64,000 nt of DNA from contig JAJRRC010000109.1 of the NCBI GenBank assembly GCA_024279865.1, positions 17,513 to 81,512 of the forward strand, given 5' to 3'. Below the pieces are notes generated by a model that was not told where the DNA came from, did not search any database, and was given only the letters and a program-made list of their open reading frames with translations. This document shows, one piece after another, positions 40,510-49,674 of the stretch (the first letter of the stretch is position 1; the number at the start of each line of letters is the position of its first letter). The position numbers and the translations under genes were made by a program. The DNA is from Planctomycetota bacterium (lineage in GTDB: Bacteria > Planctomycetota > Phycisphaerae > Phycisphaerales > Phycisphaeraceae).

Positions 40510-41952
40510 ATGGATAAGAAACGCCTGAAAATTGGTTGGAACACGCAAGATATCACACCTCAAGGGAAGGTCTCTTTGCGGGGGCAATTTTATATCAGGA
40601 TCACCGATGAAATTAATGATCCGTTGACGACCACCGCCATGGCGATGGAATCTGAAGATGCCAGCGAGCAGGCCATTGTTGTTTCACTCGCAGCGATTGC
40701 GGTGAGCGATTACATCTTGGCTGGCTGTCGAGAAATTCTAGCTGAAAAACTCGAGGGTTTTAACCCTGAAAAATTGTTGATCAGCACGACACATCCACAC
40801 ACCGCACCGGAATATGCCGTTCCTGAAATGCTAGGGAAAGGCCTTCCCCTAGACGATGATGTAATGACGGATCAAGCGTATGGCAAATTGCTGATTGAGA
40901 AGATCAGTCTCGCAGCAATCAATGCTTGGAATAGCCGTCAGTTGGGTGCTTTGAGCTGGGGGTGTGGTCATGCGGTGGTTGGGTTCAACCGGCGAATTAC
41001 CTATTTTGACGGCACATCGAAGATGTATGGCCAAACTGACACGCCTGATTTTTCTCATATTGAAGGCCACGAAAACCACGGCCTCGACATGCTTTTTACC
41101 TATGACACCGAACATCGTCTGACGGGAATTTTGATCAATGTGCCCTGTACCGCTCAGTGTTCTGAGGGACGAAACTTCATCTCTTCAGACTATTGGCATG
41201 AAACCTGCCAATTGATTCGCCAACGTCATGGTGAACATATCCACATCTTGCCCCAATGCGCTGCGGCTGGTGACCTTGTGCCTCGGCCTATGATTGGCTC
41301 CCGCGCGGCTCGCCGTATGTTGGACTTAAAAGGCTATAGCGAAAAAAATGACATGGCATACCGCCAACATATTGCAGATAAACTTGCTGGAGCGGTGGAT
41401 GAAATTCTGCCACTGGCGTCCAAGGAAATTCACGATGAGGTGGCTTTTGGTCATGAAGTCATCCAAATCAGCGTGCCGCGTCGCCTTGTCAGTGAAGAAG
41501 AACTCCTCGCGGCTCAAGCTGAAATTGCTTCGGTGAATCAGAAGCTAGAAGAAATAAAGGACATGGACCCTTACTCCGTTGAATATTCGGGAACCTTCCG
41601 CCGTGGTAATTTTAACCAACTGACGGTCGATTGGTATCAGGATCAACAGCAAGGCAAGCAACTTTCCAGACCTGTTGAACTGCATTGTTTGCGGATTGGG
41701 GACATTGCGATGTGTACCAATCCATTTGAGTTTTATATCGACTTTGCGGCACGCATCATGGCTCGCAGCAAAGCGTTGCAAACTTTCGTCGTCGAACTCG
41801 CTGGCAGTGGAACCTATTTACCAACCGAGCGAGCCAAACAAGGCGGTGATTATAGCGCTTTTGTCGCGAGTTGCCCGGTTGGGCCTGAAGGTGGTCAAAT
41901 AATCGTTGAAGAAGAAATCAAAGCGATTAACCAGATGTTTTCAGAGAATTAA
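40510..41952 (+). CDS. ceramidase-like amidohydrolase, divergent paralogue 3
   Basis: The same N-terminal layout is present (ITPQGKVSLRGQF ... LISTTHPHTAPE), and the C-terminus AGSGTYLPTERAKQGGDYSA parallels the other paralogues. Confidence 0.55.
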   Translation: MDKKRLKIGWNTQDITPQGKVSLRGQFYIRITDEINDPLTTTAMAMESEDASEQAIVVSLAAIAVSDYILAGCREILAEKLEGFNPEKLLISTTHPHTAPEYAVPEMLGKGLPLDDDVMTDQAYGKLLIEKISLAAINAWNSRQLGALSWGCGHAVVGFNRRITYFDGTSKMYGQTDTPDFSHIEGHENHGLDMLFTYDTEHRLTGILINVPCTAQCSEGRNFISSDYWHETCQLIRQRHGEHIHILPQCAAAGDLVPRPMIGSRAARRMLDLKGYSEKNDMAYRQHIADKLAGAVDEILPLASKEIHDEVAFGHEVIQISVPRRLVSEEELLAAQAEIASVNQKLEEIKDMDPYSVEYSGTFRRGNFNQLTVDWYQDQQQGKQLSRPVELHCLRIGDIAMCTNPFEFYIDFAARIMARSKALQTFVVELAGSGTYLPTERAKQGGDYSAFVASCPVGPEGGQIIVEEEIKAINQMFSEN

Positions 41953-42065
41953 TTTTTTTTGTTTGCTGCGATCACAACGCAGAAATCGGAGATTTACCGA
42001 AGAGTCTGTTTTTTTTCAGACGCTACGCTTGGATTAAAAATGCTCTAAATGCACGAGCCTTGAAA

Positions 42066-43208
42066 TTAAACCGTAACGGTTGATTGCTGTGCTTGGGATT
42101 CCAATGCTGCGGTAAACAGGCGATGGCTTAAAGCCACTTCATCAAGGGTCACACAACCGCCGAATTTGGTGATGGGTTTGCCATGTTCGAGTTCGTATAA
42201 AAAGGCAGCCCACATTTGCTGGATGGCATCTGAGAATCCAAATTCAAAGATGCCGCCGGTGATACTGGGGTAAGCAGTGTCGATTCCCATGTCGATTTGG
42301 CCCCAGGTTTGTTCGCTGCCGTCGTATTTCATGACTTCGAGCAATTTGGGGTTTTTGGTGGAGAATCGCACGGAAGTTTTCGTTCCCAGAATTCTGACGT
42401 ACCAGGTATTTTTTTCTCCGGGGGCGATGCGGAAGCTCTTAAACGTCCAAGGGAACGTGGCATCGGTCGCGGGGTCGTGCATATCACACAAGAGGGTTCC
42501 GTTGTCCCATGTTTCACAAGGGACGGTGTTGCCTTGGCCATCAGGTCTTGTTGGCACGAGGTTACTTAAAATCGCGCGAACGTTTTTAGGCTTCCATCCT
42601 GCACGGAACGGCACATGACATGCGTGCATGCCCAGATCGCCCAGCACACCATATTCACCATTAAATTCAATCATCCGTTTCCAGTTGATCGCTTTGTCGG
42701 TGTTCATGTCACTTGAATGCAGGAAGCCGGTTTCGACTTCAATGATCTGTCCCAGTTCGCCGGACTCAATGATCTGGCCGATCTTCTGAACGCCTGGGAA
42801 AAACGGCATCTGTGAACAACAACGCACAAACACGTCAGGGTGTTCTGCGGCACAAGCGGTGATTGCTTCGTTGGCAGCCTTGTCGATGCCAAAAGGCTTT
42901 TCACCCATCAGATGCTTGCCCGCTTTGATGGCATCGGTGTAGATCGCTTCATGCTGATCGTGAGGCACAGCAATGTAAACCGCATCCACTTCTTCATTGG
43001 CGAGCAATTCACGGTAATCGTTGGTGGTCTGCTTGATTGAAGGAAAGTTGGACGTGAACCACGCAAAGGGTTTGTCCGAACGATTGCAGATCGCGACGAT
43101 TTCAGGTCGTGCAGGCATGTCATTGAGATGACACCAGCGTGCTGCTGACGAGGCAAATTCGCGACCCATCAGGCCGCAACCAATAATTCCAAAGCGAATG
43201 GTTTTCAT
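42066..43208 (-). CDS. Gfo/Idh/MocA-family NAD(P)-dependent oxidoreductase
   Basis: MKTIRFGIIGCGLMG Rossmann N-terminus and EKPF motif (LMGEKPFG). Confidence 0.85.
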   Translation of the reverse strand: MKTIRFGIIGCGLMGREFASSAARWCHLNDMPARPEIVAICNRSDKPFAWFTSNFPSIKQTTNDYRELLANEEVDAVYIAVPHDQHEAIYTDAIKAGKHLMGEKPFGIDKAANEAITACAAEHPDVFVRCCSQMPFFPGVQKIGQIIESGELGQIIEVETGFLHSSDMNTDKAINWKRMIEFNGEYGVLGDLGMHACHVPFRAGWKPKNVRAILSNLVPTRPDGQGNTVPCETWDNGTLLCDMHDPATDATFPWTFKSFRIAPGEKNTWYVRILGTKTSVRFSTKNPKLLEVMKYDGSEQTWGQIDMGIDTAYPSITGGIFEFGFSDAIQQMWAAFLYELEHGKPITKFGGCVTLDEVALSHRLFTAALESQAQQSTVTV

Positions 43209-43339
43209 AGTGATATTCACATCAATTCAAGTACAAAATTCAAATAAACTCAAAGCAAAAAAAGAAAAAGTGCAGAAGAAAAGAGTGTCCACCCCCCATA
43301 TCCTCCAAAGGCCCTGGGGGGATGCTCCACTTCCGGGGG

Positions 43340-44719
43340 TTATGCCATTCCCAATTCACGGGCAGTTTCACCGATGGCTTCATCGATCATATCTAGGCCC
43401 TTGAGAAGTGTTTTTTCATCCATCACAATTGGAGGACTCATACGCAAAATATGGCCCGCAGGAATCCAGGCCAAGCCCTTGGCGAAAGCTTTCTGATAGA
43501 TCAAAGTGCCAGCTTTGTCGAACGGCTCTTTGGTGATGCGATCCTTGACCAATTCGATGCCCATGAGGCAACCCTTGGCACGAACGTCGCCGATGATCTT
43601 GTGTTCAGCTTTCATCTGTTCCATACGCTTAAGTGCGACTTCACCGAGATGAACAGCATGATCCAAGAGGTTTTCTTCTTCGATGACTTCGGTGGATGCC
43701 AGTGCTGCTGCACAAGCCATGGGATTACCGCCATAGCTGCTTGAAGCGCTGATGGATTCAAAGCTTTCTTTGTATTGGTCACGCACTGCCACACAGGTCA
43801 CAGGGAAACCGTTACCAAAACCTTTACCCAAAGTCACGATGTCCGGAACCACATCCCAGTGTTCCATGCAGAGCCATTTGCCAGTACGACCCCAACTGCA
43901 AAGCACTTCGTCGATCATCATCAGAAGACCTTTGTCGTCGCAATACTGACGCAGCTTGGGGAAGAAGTCATCGGGAGGCATGACCGAACCGCCCCAGCCC
44001 TGAATGGGTTCAAGGACAAAACCAGCGACGTTTCCGACGGTTCCCTTGTTGATGTATTCATCGTAAAAAGTAATGTATTTGTCGGTATCAATGGTGCCAT
44101 CTTCTTTGGACCAGACTGGACGATAGGTGTCTGGACGTGGGACCATGTGTGCGCCGGGGGCGCGAACTGCACCGTAGACAGGAGAGCGAATGTGTCCCAG
44201 TGACACGCCGCCATAGGTTTTGCCATGATAGTCGTAGAAACAACTGATCATTTCGTTTTTACCCGTGGCAGCCCGCAAAACGCGGAGTCCAGCTTCGACG
44301 GCCGTGGTGCCTGAATCATAGAACTGAAAGCCGTTGAGGTCGCCTGGCAAAACTTCAGCGAGTTTTTCGACCAGGGCAGTCTTGATCGGGGTGGTGAAGT
44401 CATGAGCGTTCATCAGTTGGCTGGCATGCTTGGCGATTGCTTCACTGATCTTTGGATGGCAATGGCCCAGGGTGGTAACGTAGATCCCTGAGCTGAAGTC
44501 GATATAGCGATTGCCATCGACATCGGTCAAGACGCAGCCTTCGCCACTTTCAAAGGCCACGGGGAACAGTTTGACCTGGCCGGAGAGACCTTTGAAGTAT
44601 TTAGTGCAACGTTTGTGATAACTACGAGATTTCTCGCCTGGCACAGAGGTCATCATGTTTGGAACTTGGTCGAGGTCCACAGAGCCCCAGTCAAGTGTGG
44701 AAAAAGTAGCAGTGCTCAT
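43340..44719 (-). CDS. class III (omega-type) PLP aminotransferase
   Basis: 459 aa with FDSGTTAVEAGLR, MIDEVLCSWGRTGKW and TLGKGFGNG (PLP Lys). Confidence 0.85.
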   Translation of the reverse strand: MSTATFSTLDWGSVDLDQVPNMMTSVPGEKSRSYHKRCTKYFKGLSGQVKLFPVAFESGEGCVLTDVDGNRYIDFSSGIYVTTLGHCHPKISEAIAKHASQLMNAHDFTTPIKTALVEKLAEVLPGDLNGFQFYDSGTTAVEAGLRVLRAATGKNEMISCFYDYHGKTYGGVSLGHIRSPVYGAVRAPGAHMVPRPDTYRPVWSKEDGTIDTDKYITFYDEYINKGTVGNVAGFVLEPIQGWGGSVMPPDDFFPKLRQYCDDKGLLMMIDEVLCSWGRTGKWLCMEHWDVVPDIVTLGKGFGNGFPVTCVAVRDQYKESFESISASSSYGGNPMACAAALASTEVIEEENLLDHAVHLGEVALKRMEQMKAEHKIIGDVRAKGCLMGIELVKDRITKEPFDKAGTLIYQKAFAKGLAWIPAGHILRMSPPIVMDEKTLLKGLDMIDEAIGETARELGMA

Positions 44720-44722
44720 GGT

Positions 44723-45655
44723 TTAATATCCTTTATCCCATGTGTCTTGAATATCAGCAGCGATATTCTCGGTAATATAACAGTCTGTACGAAGTATTTG
44801 GTGAATGCTAGAGGGGAGTTTGGGGGTGACTGGGCCGTGGTAGCAGAGTCGTGCGATCATGCGTTCCCAACTGACGTCGGTTCCAGCGACCCCAATAGGG
44901 GCGACTTCAATTCGGTGTCTGGCCGCGATGACTTCTTTGGGTCCGATGGTGGCCGCCTTGGGCGGGACCGCAGCAAGGTCACCGCTGAATCCCATGCTGC
45001 CATGGAGTGAATTTTGTGCAATGGTAAAAGGGCTGAGCGTGGAAATCCGAGCGCCCATGGTTTTCCACTCTTCGAGCGGTGCGTCAAATTCAGGCGCGTC
45101 AGGATCGACAAAGGCCAAATGTCCCGTCCAACCCGGCCCGGTGTAGCTGATGTCCAGTCCGCCAGCCTCTTGCATGAGGTCGTAATAATGATCGAGGTTG
45201 TCATTGTTAAGGCCGAAAACCTGGCTTCGTGGCGGGCGCAGTTCTTCGTCCACTTCACTCCACAAAAACCGAAGCATGGCATAGGTAAACCCGCGAGGCC
45301 AATCTTCTGGCGCCACGCGGCCGTCTTGGTCGGCATACTCGTCCATGGCAAACCACCACACATGCTTACATGACAGTTTGGCTCGATTAATCATGCGTGC
45401 CAAATTGCAATAGCCAGGCCAAGGGTTTGGCATCAGCATCACGCAAGGCTTACCCGCATCGCGTGCTTCTTTCATGCGCCAGAACATATCGCCGAGCCAG
45501 ATATGCACAAAGTCTTCATCTGGGACCACGCGGATTTGAAAATCGGGGTTGGGATGATTCTCTATTTCAGAGCGTTTGATTGCTCGGCAACGCGCAATTT
45601 CCGCTTTGTCACGAAAAGGAACGCAAGGGGATGGATCATAATCAAAGTGACTCAT
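44723..45655 (-). CDS. NagB/6-phosphogluconolactonase-superfamily protein (glucosamine-6-phosphate deaminase-like)
   Basis: WWFAMDEY and GPGWTGHLAFVDP resemble the NagB motifs. Confidence 0.6.
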   Translation of the reverse strand: MSHFDYDPSPCVPFRDKAEIARCRAIKRSEIENHPNPDFQIRVVPDEDFVHIWLGDMFWRMKEARDAGKPCVMLMPNPWPGYCNLARMINRAKLSCKHVWWFAMDEYADQDGRVAPEDWPRGFTYAMLRFLWSEVDEELRPPRSQVFGLNNDNLDHYYDLMQEAGGLDISYTGPGWTGHLAFVDPDAPEFDAPLEEWKTMGARISTLSPFTIAQNSLHGSMGFSGDLAAVPPKAATIGPKEVIAARHRIEVAPIGVAGTDVSWERMIARLCYHGPVTPKLPSSIHQILRTDCYITENIAADIQDTWDKGY

Positions 45656-46476
45656 GAACAGCGACCTCCAGCATGCTGTGCCTTTTTGGTAGACGAAAGC
45701 ATGATTGGGATTTTGTGGGTTTCTAATTTTTGTTTGAATAGCGAGCTGATTTTTTCATCACAAATCAGGCCGTCCCAATCCTTGAGATTGGCGTATCGGT
45801 AAAGCTCATGGCGATCGAGCTTGGTATGGTCTGCGGTGGCGTAAACGCGGGTGGCGGCATTGGCCATGCGTGCGAGCATACACCCGATTTCGGCACTGAC
45901 ATTGTAAAGATTGCCCTGGGCATCAATGGCATCCGCCCCGATGAAGGCCACGTCTGCTCGCAAGTTTTCAAGGTTGCTATCGGTAATTGCGCCCATGAGG
46001 TCGGGGGTGTTTTGTCGCAGTACCCCGCCGAGTAGTAGGACGGTGACATTTTCCTGGCCAAACAGTTCTGATGCAATGGGGAGTGAGCCGGTAATAACGG
46101 TGATATTGTTTAGAGTTTTGAGTTGGCGGGCAATGGCCAGAGTCGTCGTACTTGAATCAAGCATGACGGTATTGCCATGGGAGATTAGGCTTAGGGCGGT
46201 CTTGGCGATTTGTTTTTTTTCTTCAGCTTGCTGTCGAGCTCGTTCAAGGAATCGAAATTCAAAGCTGACACGGGTGGCGGCGGTTGCGCCGCCGTGGGTG
46301 CGAATCACTTGGCCGTCATCGGTGAGGTCTTGGAGGTCTCGGCGAATGGTCATCCCGCTGACCCCGAAGTGGTCTGCAAGCAGATCGACGGAACATTCGC
46401 CATTGGCATCGAGCCATTGGACCATTTTCGCTCGACGCGAGGCAGGACTGAGGGTTGCAAGAGGCTGTTCATTCAT
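45652..46476 (-). CDS. DeoR/GlpR-family transcriptional regulator
   Basis: N-terminal HTH (VDLLADHFGVSGMTIRRDLQDL) plus a DeoR C-terminal sensor domain. It overlaps the downstream gene by 4 nt. Confidence 0.85.
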   Translation of the reverse strand: MNEQPLATLSPASRRAKMVQWLDANGECSVDLLADHFGVSGMTIRRDLQDLTDDGQVIRTHGGATAATRVSFEFRFLERARQQAEEKKQIAKTALSLISHGNTVMLDSSTTTLAIARQLKTLNNITVITGSLPIASELFGQENVTVLLLGGVLRQNTPDLMGAITDSNLENLRADVAFIGADAIDAQGNLYNVSAEIGCMLARMANAATRVYATADHTKLDRHELYRYANLKDWDGLICDEKISSLFKQKLETHKIPIMLSSTKKAQHAGGRCS

Positions 46477-46534
46477 GTTAATATATGTTTATATTGAACA
46501 CGCAGGCTTTTGTCAACTCTTTTGAGAAGGAATC

Positions 46535-47872
46535 GTGAAAATGGCTGATTCTGTGAAACAAACCTTGATTGCGGGGGCATCAGAGGTTGATATTACGCCT
46601 GACAAATCCATGTTTCTGTTTGGCTATCCCCATGTGCAGCGGATGAGTACGGGGGTTCACGATCCACTTTTAAGCTCAGCGTTGTATTTGCACAACGGTT
46701 CGTCAGGCATTTTGTTCATCGCCCATGATTTAATTTGGGTTCCACGAGATGTTTCTGAGCGGGCACGTCAAAGGATTGTGCAAGAAGTCCCGGTCACGGC
46801 CACAGAGATCATGATTACCGCGTCTCACACCCATTCGGGACCGATTACCGTTTCGGTGCTCAGCAATGAGGCAGACCCGGTTGTTCCCAAGCCAGACCTT
46901 TCATACCTACAGATGCTCGAAGACAAGATTGTCGAAGCTGCGGTGCTGGCGTACCGCAATGCCAAGCCCGCAGAAGTGGGGCTCGCTTGCGTGGATGGCT
47001 CGATGGTGGGAACCAACCGTCGTTCGCCCGAGGATATGAGTATTCCGCAAACACCTGTCATGGCGGTGCGGGACGTGGAATCGGGATCATTGGTTAGCCT
47101 GATGGTGATTGCGAGTATGCACCCGACGGTGCTGCACGAAGACTCGACATTGATCAGTGGCGATTGGCCGGGCTTGATGCGAAGGTATTTACAGGAAGAA
47201 GTCGTTGGCGCGTCTTGCCCGATTGTTTATCACATGGGAGCTTCAGGCAACCAAAGCCCCCGACATGTGACCCAGTCCAATACCTTTGCTGAGGCAGAAC
47301 GGCTTGGCATTGCTTTGGGCAAAGCAGTGGAAGAGGCGTTGCCTGGGATGAATTATCTCAATGAGGTTGATCTAAAAAGTAAGTCCACCGCCATTGAGAT
47401 ACCTCTGCGTCGTTTCCCCAGTATTGAAGATGCCAAGAGAGCGTTCGATGCTGCACAAGCAAAATTTACAAATCTCCAAGCCTCAAATGCTCCGGCAACG
47501 GAAGTCCGAACTGCCGAGTGCGATGTTTTTGGAGCTGAAGAAACATGGACGCTCGCCAAAGCAGCCCAAGCGGGGCGATTGCAGGAGGTCGCTCAGTCCT
47601 ATTTGCCGATGGAAGTTCAGGTTGTGCAAGTTAGCGATTGGCGATTCCTTGGCTGGTCTGGTGAAGTGTTTGTTGAATTTGCTCTCCAAATCATGGCCAA
47701 CCACCCTGATACCTTTATCATCACGCTCGTCAATGGCGACATGCAAGGCTATATCGTCACCGAACAAGCGGTAGCAGAAGGGGGCTATGAAGCTTCTAAC
47801 GCGCTGTTTGAAAGCCCCGCCAGTGGTAATCTTCTGGTAAAAGCTTCTGAGCAGCTCTTGACAAATCTATAA
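46535..47872 (+). CDS. ceramidase-like amidohydrolase, paralogue 4
   Basis: ITPDKSMFLFGYP ... ITASHTHSGP. It is divergent from deoR. The start is GTG 46535 or ATG 46541. Confidence 0.65.
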   Translation: MKMADSVKQTLIAGASEVDITPDKSMFLFGYPHVQRMSTGVHDPLLSSALYLHNGSSGILFIAHDLIWVPRDVSERARQRIVQEVPVTATEIMITASHTHSGPITVSVLSNEADPVVPKPDLSYLQMLEDKIVEAAVLAYRNAKPAEVGLACVDGSMVGTNRRSPEDMSIPQTPVMAVRDVESGSLVSLMVIASMHPTVLHEDSTLISGDWPGLMRRYLQEEVVGASCPIVYHMGASGNQSPRHVTQSNTFAEAERLGIALGKAVEEALPGMNYLNEVDLKSKSTAIEIPLRRFPSIEDAKRAFDAAQAKFTNLQASNAPATEVRTAECDVFGAEETWTLAKAAQAGRLQEVAQSYLPMEVQVVQVSDWRFLGWSGEVFVEFALQIMANHPDTFIITLVNGDMQGYIVTEQAVAEGGYEASNALFESPASGNLLVKASEQLLTNL

Positions 47873-47969
47873 CTTATCATCGGCAAGGCAATTGGGTTTA
47901 TCGGACGAGTTGCAAACAGGGATGCTTTTAGGGTCAATTAAATTCCACCCATTGGCCGATATCTCCTGC

Positions 47970-48914
47970 ATGGGCTGGTTTTTGAAAAAGCCGAAAAGGG
48001 GGGCAACGAGCAAGAAGGTCACTCCTCGGTTGGCCTTATGTTCAAAGTCTAAGCCTCTGTCGAGTCGATTGCCCAGCATCAAAGCCCGTTGGAGCATGCT
48101 CGCGTGCTTGGGCCTGATGACTTTGGGGGGGCTGGGTTGGCAGTTCACCCAGAAATCTTTGGTTGCTTATGTTGCCAGACAGCACACCGAGCCACTCAAT
48201 TCACAACAAGTTCAGCTCATCGACATGCCCACATGGATGAGTCCGCTTCTACAAGCTCAATTACAGTCATTGATTGTCAGGGAATTGGCTTTAAGTCCGA
48301 TGAATGGGTCGAGTTTGGAGTCGACGGTTGATTTGTTGGCGGCAAATCCTTGGGTCGAGCAGGTCCATCGTCTTAGTCGCACGTCTGATGGCCAAATTTG
48401 GGTTGCTGCCACTTACCGTGAACCCGTTGCGATGGTTCGGTCTGCGGGAGCTTACCATTTGATTGATAATCATTGCCGAAGGCTTCCGGGACGATATTCT
48501 CAAAAACAAATGATTCAAGTGGGTTTGCCATTGATCGAGGGCGTTGGGGAGAAGCTTCCTGGGGTTGGAGAAATTTGGCGTAGCGATTCACTTCAGAGCG
48601 GCTTATCGTTGGCGCATTTGGTGGATCATCAGCCCTATACGGATCAGATCCGGGCGATTGACGTGAGCCAACGTGATCGTCGCGGGCGATTGCGGATGCA
48701 ATTGGTAACCCATCGGGGTGGCCAAGTACGCTGGGGGCGTGCTCCGGGCCGAGGCTATCCGATTGAATCAACCGATGAGGTGAAATTGCAATCCTTACAA
48801 AGCCTTTTTGAACGATGCGGCCAGATCGACGCTGGGGGGAAAAAAGTAGATGTTTTCAGCAAAACAGTCCTCATTCATCAGCCGGTGCAGGTTCAAACCG
48901 CACTGGCTCGCTAG
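47970..48914 (+). CDS. FtsQ/DivIB-like POTRA-domain membrane protein
   Basis: Basic N-terminus, one TM helix and a POTRA-like block NPWVEQVHRLSRTSDGQIWVAATYREPVAMV. Confidence 0.45.
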   Translation: MGWFLKKPKRGATSKKVTPRLALCSKSKPLSSRLPSIKARWSMLACLGLMTLGGLGWQFTQKSLVAYVARQHTEPLNSQQVQLIDMPTWMSPLLQAQLQSLIVRELALSPMNGSSLESTVDLLAANPWVEQVHRLSRTSDGQIWVAATYREPVAMVRSAGAYHLIDNHCRRLPGRYSQKQMIQVGLPLIEGVGEKLPGVGEIWRSDSLQSGLSLAHLVDHQPYTDQIRAIDVSQRDRRGRLRMQLVTHRGGQVRWGRAPGRGYPIESTDEVKLQSLQSLFERCGQIDAGGKKVDVFSKTVLIHQPVQVQTALAR

Positions 48915-48959
48915 CCTGATGGCGGGCCTTTTCGTGACTGGGGGGTATACTATCTATCC

Positions 48960-49583
48960 TTGAGTGAACCAACTTCCAACGAGCCGCCTTCGCCACGTTT
49001 TCTCGTGCTTTTGTGGTGCCTGTATTTGCTGGGCATTTGGTTGCTATCACTTCAACTGGACAATCCGCTTTGGGCGGGGCGTTGGATGTTCTGGTGTTTG
49101 TTGGCAGGATTGATTCTTTTGTGGCCTGCGTTGCGATTAAGCCAGCCGATCATGTCTCCTGCTCGCATTTGGGTTGACTGGGTTTGCTTGGCCTTTGTCT
49201 TTGAGACGGTTTGTTGGCCTTTGAAAATTATTTTAGAGTGGACGATTCCGCAGATGCTTTGGCTCAATGGGGCGGTTCTTGCCTGGAGCTTGCTGGCGGG
49301 TTTGTTTACCGCTGCGGGGGCTCGGTCGTCTTATAGCCGTCATCGGTCAGCAGCCATACTCTTGTGTGTGGGTGTACTTCTGGGGGAACCCTTACTCCAA
49401 ATCATCTTGGGGATTCCTTGGACCATGCGGGTAAGCCCGATTCAAACCGTCTGGGCTTTGCTCCAAGGCAACATCACCGCCACGATCAAAGTTCACATTC
49501 TAAGCGTCGCCATCGGCAGCTCAATCGGCTGGCTGCTACTGTGGCATCATGACTGCAAGGTCAAACGCCAACGGCCTGCGTAA
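48960..49583 (+). CDS. hypothetical polytopic membrane protein
   Basis: 207 aa with about six hydrophobic segments and a TTG start. Confidence 0.45.
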   Translation: MSEPTSNEPPSPRFLVLLWCLYLLGIWLLSLQLDNPLWAGRWMFWCLLAGLILLWPALRLSQPIMSPARIWVDWVCLAFVFETVCWPLKIILEWTIPQMLWLNGAVLAWSLLAGLFTAAGARSSYSRHRSAAILLCVGVLLGEPLLQIILGIPWTMRVSPIQTVWALLQGNITATIKVHILSVAIGSSIGWLLLWHHDCKVKRQRPA

Positions 49584-49623
49584 AGACTGGCCCCGCTGAT
49601 TCCACCTCTCTATTCTGCTTCCC

Positions 49624-49665
49624 CTCTTACTGATAGCTGACCACTGATAACTTAAAACTGATCGC
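49624..49665 (+). repeat. CTGA-rich three-frame stop cluster
   Basis: ctcttactgatagctgaccactgataacttaaaactgatcgc ends 10 nt before the mutL ATG. Confidence 0.6.
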
Positions 49666-49674
49666 TTTGTTACA

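Noticed and set aside
36115-41952. An impression of lower GC and different codon usage in Cer-like 2 through Cer-like 3, suggesting horizontal acquisition
   Set aside because: This is based only on reading a few hundred bases by eye, and I cannot compute GC3 or codon adaptation here. A sliding-window GC and codon-usage calculation would be needed before claiming anything.
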